A stretch of 64,000 bases of DNA, from assembly GCA_963664325.2 (NCBI GenBank), contig CAXXDQ010000003.1:864001-928000 (forward strand). Direction: 5' to 3'. Below the pieces are notes generated by a model, which saw nothing but the letters and a program-made list of their open reading frames with translations, did no database searches and was not told the DNA's origin. This DNA is from Desulfomonilia bacterium (GTDB lineage Bacteria; Desulfobacterota; Desulfomonilia; UBA1062). Shown here piece by piece: positions 59,211 to 64,000 of this stretch. Position 1 is the stretch's first letter. Each line of letters opens with the position of its first letter. Both the position numbers and the translations under genes were made by a program.

Positions 59211-59792
59211 ATGCGTCTGGCGTTATTCGATTTCGACGGCACCATATCAAATAAGGATACTACCTCGGACTTCATTGTTCGCTCGTGCGGAAGGCGCAAG
59301 GCCCTTCTCGGCCTCATCCGCCTGAGCCCCATTTTCCTGGCCTACAGCCTGAAACGCATCTCCCATCATGAGGCCAAACAGGCGACCATACAACATTATT
59401 TCGGGGACTGGGGAAAAGAGTCATTCATAGCGGCGGCCCATTGCTATGCCCGGAACGTCATACCGGCGATTCTCCGGCCTGAGGCGCTGAATAGGATCAA
59501 CTGGCACCTTCAAAGGGGTCATATTGTCGCTGTCGTCACCGGTTCACTTGAAATCCTGCTGGAAGAATGGTGCGCGGGTCTGGGTATCGATCTGATAGCC
59601 ACAGGAGTAGACCTGACTGGCGAACGAATTGACCTGTCAACGCGCAACTGCTTCAAGGAGGAAAAGGCCAGACGCATCCGGGAAAAATATGTCCTGGAGG
59701 GCTTTGAACTCATCTATGCCTACGGGGACAGCCCGGGCGACCGGGAAATGCTGGCCTTGGCTGACAGGAAATATTACAAACGCTTTGGGTGA
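59211..59792 (+). CDS. HAD-IB family hydrolase
   Basis: AAGGAG RBS; FDFDGT, VVTGS, NC...EK and AYGDSPGD motifs. Confidence 0.9.
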   Translation: MRLALFDFDGTISNKDTTSDFIVRSCGRRKALLGLIRLSPIFLAYSLKRISHHEAKQATIQHYFGDWGKESFIAAAHCYARNVIPAILRPEALNRINWHLQRGHIVAVVTGSLEILLEEWCAGLGIDLIATGVDLTGERIDLSTRNCFKEEKARRIREKYVLEGFELIYAYGDSPGDREMLALADRKYYKRFG

Positions 59793-59882
59793 TCCGCCGG
59801 GAACTCCCGGATGATGCTTCTGGCACGGATATAATAACGCCAGGGATCTTAGGCTATTAAGACTTCCATACGATATAAAGGA

Positions 59883-62441
59883 CTAATCCCGCATGATTGT
59901 TTCAACAGCTTTCACCCGGATGCCGTCGCTCCATGACCCCATGTCGAATACAACCTCGTTCAGGCCGTCGAGCATGGCATCCGTGGCCGCGTAATAGGCG
60001 CGGAAATCCAGAGCATTTTCTTCCGAAAGCAGACACTCGCCGCTTCCCGGCACAACGGAGCAGCCGATCAGAATAGGGGCGCAGTGATCGGCCGTCAGCC
60101 CGGGTTTGCCATGATAGTCGCTGTGAACCATATAAAGGATTTTTGAGGGGGCGTTTGTCAGGGACTCGTAGGTAGCCGTGGTATCGCTTTCAGGTGCGAT
60201 GGTGTCGGCATCCGCGCTGAACAGGATCACAGGGCATTTCACCGCAGGCCCCTTGGCCTCGAAATTCAGCATGGTCATCTTATCCCGCACGAACGCCGGG
60301 ACATTCTGGTTGGTAACCGATGGGTTCTGCAGGATCATGCCCCTTGGCCTGATTCCGCCGGCAGCTTCCCAGCACAGAGACAGCAGACCTCCAAGAGAAT
60401 GGCCGACGATGAGTATGTCATTGAGATCAGCCTTGCCGCCAACTTCAGAAAGCGCAAGGTTTGTCAGGCTGATGGCACGCTCAAGCATCAGGTTCTGGTC
60501 AAGGTCGTTGAGGAAATCCAGGCCGGTGAGGCCGAACTGGGGGAAGACCACTATGCATCCCTGGCGGACATAGTGCCTGATCTGGCCCATGCTTATAGAG
60601 GGATCGGTCTGCGAGAAGCCATGAAGGACGATGATGACAGGGGCCTTGCCGCCCTTTTTCAGGAGTTCCGGCACATAGTACCACACGGCAGTTCCATCCG
60701 ACCGGGGAAGCTTTACGGTTGAAAAGTCTTCACAGATATAGCGCGCGGCTGATCCAAAGCCTGATGCAGGCTGGCCGGGCGGGGTGGGCTCAGGAAGGCT
60801 GTTGAGCTCGGAGTCGAGGATTATCTTCTTGAAGCCATCCGGTTTTTTTGACCACGCAGGCCATGAATAGCCGCCAGGGTAATTGGGGTTCCCGTTTCTT
60901 GCGAACTGCGCCCAGTAGTTTGACATCGCTTCCGAGAGCTCCATGCGCCCGGCAAGGTTCGCGCTGCTCCAGGCGAAGCGGAAAAGGTCCTCGGCCGTGC
61001 GGCCGAAATTGCTGAAAGCAAACGGGATCTCTATGGCATGCCCGGCCCCGATGAGTGTGTCAAGCGGCGCCGGCTCCTCGTCCCAGGCGAATTCGTAGAC
61101 GTAGAGGTCTTCCTGCTGGGCGGCCAGCTTGCGTGCAAGGCTTTCGGTGCTCAACTTTTGCGCAAGGGCATCCGAGAAATCCGCCATCGGATCATAGAGC
61201 AGAAGCCAGAGAGGGTCGAGTATATCAGAAAGCTCAAGATTGGGGCTGTCCGGGTCGAAGGTCATGATCAGATCGTGAAAGGCCACCTCGACGGGGATAT
61301 CCCCGTTCTTGAGCTTGGAGACCACGAGCGGCAGGAATATCTTGGCCTCGTCCTTGTTACTGCCTAATATCATCGGCACATGGTTGAAATTCCCCTTATT
61401 TATGCGGTCAGCAATATTATCTCGTATGACAGTCCCGTCCTCGAAAATGCTTGACCACCCGCTGCCAAGCATCCCTGCAATGCCTGGCGTGAGGCAGGCA
61501 TAGATGTCCTGCCACGGCTTGCCGCGCAGGTATGTCGCGGGATCGTTCCTGCGAGGGTCGTCAGCTGGAACATTGTCAAGTTCAAAGAGCTTGTCAAGGA
61601 CCGTGGAGGAGACCTTGTCGCCGTCTGCCAGTGCCGTCGATCCCGGGCCGCCGCTCTGCGCGATTGCCTTCTGGAAGAGCTCTTCAGCAAGGGGGCTGAC
61701 AAGCAGGGAAAAAACGTTCTGGGCTCCGCCCGACTGCCCGTCAATGGTCACATTGCCCGGGTCACCGCCAAAAGATGCAATATTGTTGTGAATCCATGAA
61801 AGTGCCTTGATTATGTCGAGGGTACCGTAGTTGCCTGATGCGTCGAACTGGTCTCCAACGCGAAGTGATGGATGGGTGAACCAGCCCATTGCACCAACAC
61901 GGTAGTTTATGCTCACGAAAACAATGTTCTTACGTACGGCGAAATTGGCTCCGTAGTACATGGTCATATTGGCCTGGCCTGAGAAGTTCCCGCCACCGTG
62001 AATCCAGAATAGCACGGGAAGATTCCCGTCATCGGACTTGGGCCTCCAGATATTCAGATAGAGGCAGTCCTCGCTGCCGACCGCCTTCCCGAAGGTGTTC
62101 GGATCCATGAATCCCATGAGGCCGCCGTACTGGGGACAGGCACTGCAAAAACCCTGAGCCGGGCGCACGCCTGTCCAGGAAATCGGGTCCTGGGGGGCTC
62201 TCCAACGAAGATTGCCCACCGGGGGTTGTGCGTAAGGGATACCCAGCCAGGCGTATGCCTGTCCGTCTTCGCGGCCCTGTACGAAACCGAATCTCGTTTC
62301 GCGCACGAGGGGATCGGAAACTACCGCTTCGTTCTCAGTTTCGGAACCTTCGGATGGTGCACTGCCCGATGATGATCCGCAACCGTAAAGGCTTATGGCC
62401 AAGAAAGTAATGACGATAAATATCCGGATGGCATGTCCCAT
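59883..62441 (-). CDS. Lipoprotein with two esterase domains: type-B carboxylesterase plus a C-terminal alpha/beta hydrolase
   Basis: Lipobox LYGC; GIPYAQPP, EDCLYLN, HGGG, GQSGG and GAGHAIE; then LHGF, GHSLGG, D and ADH; GAGGT RBS supports ATG 62441. Confidence 0.85.
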   Translation of the reverse strand: MGHAIRIFIVITFLAISLYGCGSSSGSAPSEGSETENEAVVSDPLVRETRFGFVQGREDGQAYAWLGIPYAQPPVGNLRWRAPQDPISWTGVRPAQGFCSACPQYGGLMGFMDPNTFGKAVGSEDCLYLNIWRPKSDDGNLPVLFWIHGGGNFSGQANMTMYYGANFAVRKNIVFVSINYRVGAMGWFTHPSLRVGDQFDASGNYGTLDIIKALSWIHNNIASFGGDPGNVTIDGQSGGAQNVFSLLVSPLAEELFQKAIAQSGGPGSTALADGDKVSSTVLDKLFELDNVPADDPRRNDPATYLRGKPWQDIYACLTPGIAGMLGSGWSSIFEDGTVIRDNIADRINKGNFNHVPMILGSNKDEAKIFLPLVVSKLKNGDIPVEVAFHDLIMTFDPDSPNLELSDILDPLWLLLYDPMADFSDALAQKLSTESLARKLAAQQEDLYVYEFAWDEEPAPLDTLIGAGHAIEIPFAFSNFGRTAEDLFRFAWSSANLAGRMELSEAMSNYWAQFARNGNPNYPGGYSWPAWSKKPDGFKKIILDSELNSLPEPTPPGQPASGFGSAARYICEDFSTVKLPRSDGTAVWYYVPELLKKGGKAPVIIVLHGFSQTDPSISMGQIRHYVRQGCIVVFPQFGLTGLDFLNDLDQNLMLERAISLTNLALSEVGGKADLNDILIVGHSLGGLLSLCWEAAGGIRPRGMILQNPSVTNQNVPAFVRDKMTMLNFEAKGPAVKCPVILFSADADTIAPESDTTATYESLTNAPSKILYMVHSDYHGKPGLTADHCAPILIGCSVVPGSGECLLSEENALDFRAYYAATDAMLDGLNEVVFDMGSWSDGIRVKAVETIMRD

Positions 62442-62554
62442 AACAGACCTCATATTCATATGATTTAAAAAATTATTATATATGTCCACAATAAGCATTG
62501 GTGATGCCAAGTCAACATAAAATCTGACTTTGTAGCGTTGGTGGAATTATTTTT

Positions 62555-62914
62555 TTAAAAAGAAACCGAGACGGTCAAGTTCATATATGAAGAAGGTATC
62601 GCCACATCTGAAATGTTATTGGGGCTGGTGCACCTTGTTTTGCTCCTCAAGCCTGAGGCGAAGAGAAAATGCTGATTGATCCCATGTTCATCGAACTGCT
62701 CGCGAAGGACATTGGAATAAGCGGTCATTGCAGCCGCCTCGAGTCCTGTGACTGCAATTAGCTTATGATCCTGGTTTTCCTTGTCAGCGCAGTTCTTAGG
62801 GTCCATTGTAACCACGGCCGCCGGTTTGAATTTTCTTATAAGCCTTACCATGTCCTGAAGAAAGGGCAGCCTGCCGCGTCCCGGGACAAGCCCGATGTTA
62901 TTGTATTGCCATCT
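62555..62914 (-). pseudogene. Fragment of a PIG-L/LmbE-family deacetylase
   Basis: MVRLIRKFKPAAVVTMDP...ENQDH...EAA resembles the central PIG-L region; the N-terminal HPDD motif is absent. Confidence 0.5.
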
Positions 62915-62948
62915 TATTAATGTACTGCCTCTATAAGCATTCTTTCGT

Positions 62949-63644
62949 TCACGGCTTTCCCCTGGGGCAGACAGAGACGCAAATGCCGCAGAGGCTTATG
63001 CGTTCGTTTAAATTGACAAGAGAAAGTTCCCGGCATTTTTCCCTGCATTTGAAGGCGTTGTAAAAAGCGTCCCTGTCGGTTTTTATATTCCACAGATCCC
63101 CTGTCGCGGCCTGGGCAGGACAGTTGATCACGCATACCTCGCAATCTCCGCACAGGCTCTCTTCAATAGGCGTTCCAGGTTTTAAAATATTTGTTTTGAG
63201 CAGGATGCTTGCAAGCCTTACCCTGGGACCGAATTCCTTCGTAACGAGAAGGTCTGTTTTGCCTATCCATCCGAGACCGGCCCTGGTTGCCGCCATCTTG
63301 TGGGAGAACGGCATTCTCAGGGTTTTATGGTAATCATCGGCGAGCATATCGTCCGTGACGGTAGGAATGATAGGGATGTTTTCATAACCCCTTTCAGCAA
63401 GCATGGCCGATATGTTTTGAATAGATTCCGCCAGCTCCCGGTTGACCTCGTTGTAATGGTCGAAATAGGCCTTGTTCGGCCCGCTGCTGATGGAATCGAT
63501 GACAGGCATGTCAAGTCGTCTGGCTAAAGAAATTGCATAACCGTATCCAGTGTATTTTTCATGCAGCAGACCTCTCATGTCTGCAAAACCGGTAATGTAT
63601 TTCGATTTGTCAGGCAGTGCATCAGTAATGAGATTTTTTGTCAT
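62949..63644 (-). CDS. Epoxyqueuosine reductase-like 4Fe-4S double-cluster protein
   Basis: SHKMAATRAGLGWIGK, FGPRVRL, CGDCEVCVINCP and CGICVSVCP motifs. Confidence 0.85.
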   Translation of the reverse strand: MTKNLITDALPDKSKYITGFADMRGLLHEKYTGYGYAISLARRLDMPVIDSISSGPNKAYFDHYNEVNRELAESIQNISAMLAERGYENIPIIPTVTDDMLADDYHKTLRMPFSHKMAATRAGLGWIGKTDLLVTKEFGPRVRLASILLKTNILKPGTPIEESLCGDCEVCVINCPAQAATGDLWNIKTDRDAFYNAFKCREKCRELSLVNLNERISLCGICVSVCPRGKP

Positions 63645-64000
63645 AGGGAGGCCCTTTCTAAAAGTTCCAGTAATGAGATTTCAGCAAGAGAACCGAGTCT
63701 AAGGTCAGCCGCATTATCCGGTATCAGCGAGTGTGTCACGGGGTTGGGTACTGCGACGCAGAACAGCCCGGCGGCTTTGGCCGCCCTTATGCCGTTTGGC
63801 GAATCCTCGATGGCGATTGCCTCGCCCGGTGTGCAGCCAAGCCTTTCAACAGCGGCAAGGTAAGGTTCGGGGAAGGGCTTGTGGCGCATGGTGTCCTCCC
63901 TGCAGATGATCGTGTCAAACCTGTCAAGGAGCCTTCTCCGTCCCAGATGCTCATTAATCCAGGCATGGTTCGCGCTTGAGGCGATGCCGAGTTTCAGGCC
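63641..64000 (-). CDS. HAD-IA family hydrolase, C-terminal part (starts beyond the window)
   Basis: Frame open from 64000: GLKLGIASSA...KPFPEPY...AIEDSPNGIRAAKAAG. Confidence 0.88.
   Translation of the reverse strand, partial: GLKLGIASSANHAWINEHLGRRRLLDRFDTIICREDTMRHKPFPEPYLAAVERLGCTPGEAIAIEDSPNGIRAAKAAGLFCVAVPNPVTHSLIPDNAADLRLGSLAEISLLELLERASL

Noticed and set aside
59821-59836. TGGCAC as a possible sigma-54 promoter
   Set aside because: There is no TTGC at the -12 position, and it lies between convergent gene ends.

Overview
Gene-dense bacterial window of roughly 45-50% GC (by eye) from an anaerobic Gram-negative organism, most likely deltaproteobacterial (Desulfobacterota-like). That assignment is inferred from the split F0 ATP synthase operon, the Ech hydrogenase, sigma-54 promoters and a PEP-CTERM gene. 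In order, the window holds: the start of a probable RiPP cluster at the left edge (a radical SAM/SPASM protein fused to an HprK-like kinase domain, an unannotated 57-aa Cys-rich precursor ending in Ser, and a second truncated radical SAM gene); lipoprotein hydrolases; pilT; a sigma-54-driven amtB-glnK locus with a degenerate second P-II and a porin; an Mla/PqiC-type ABC system; a six-gene Ech [NiFe]-hydrogenase operon with a frameshifted echB; a PEP-CTERM gene; GH2 and GH5 glycosidases; atpZ-I-B-E; an rph-rdgB-archease-rtcB operon; two GT-C glycosyltransferases; an atypical cobalamin riboswitch with a 123-nt inverted-repeat insert, upstream of a TonB receptor and two beta-propeller/PKD lipoproteins; galM; a hybrid PAS histidine kinase; and a tandem double esterase. 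I saw no tRNA, rRNA, CRISPR array or transposase. All family calls come from motif recognition by eye, not from database searches.
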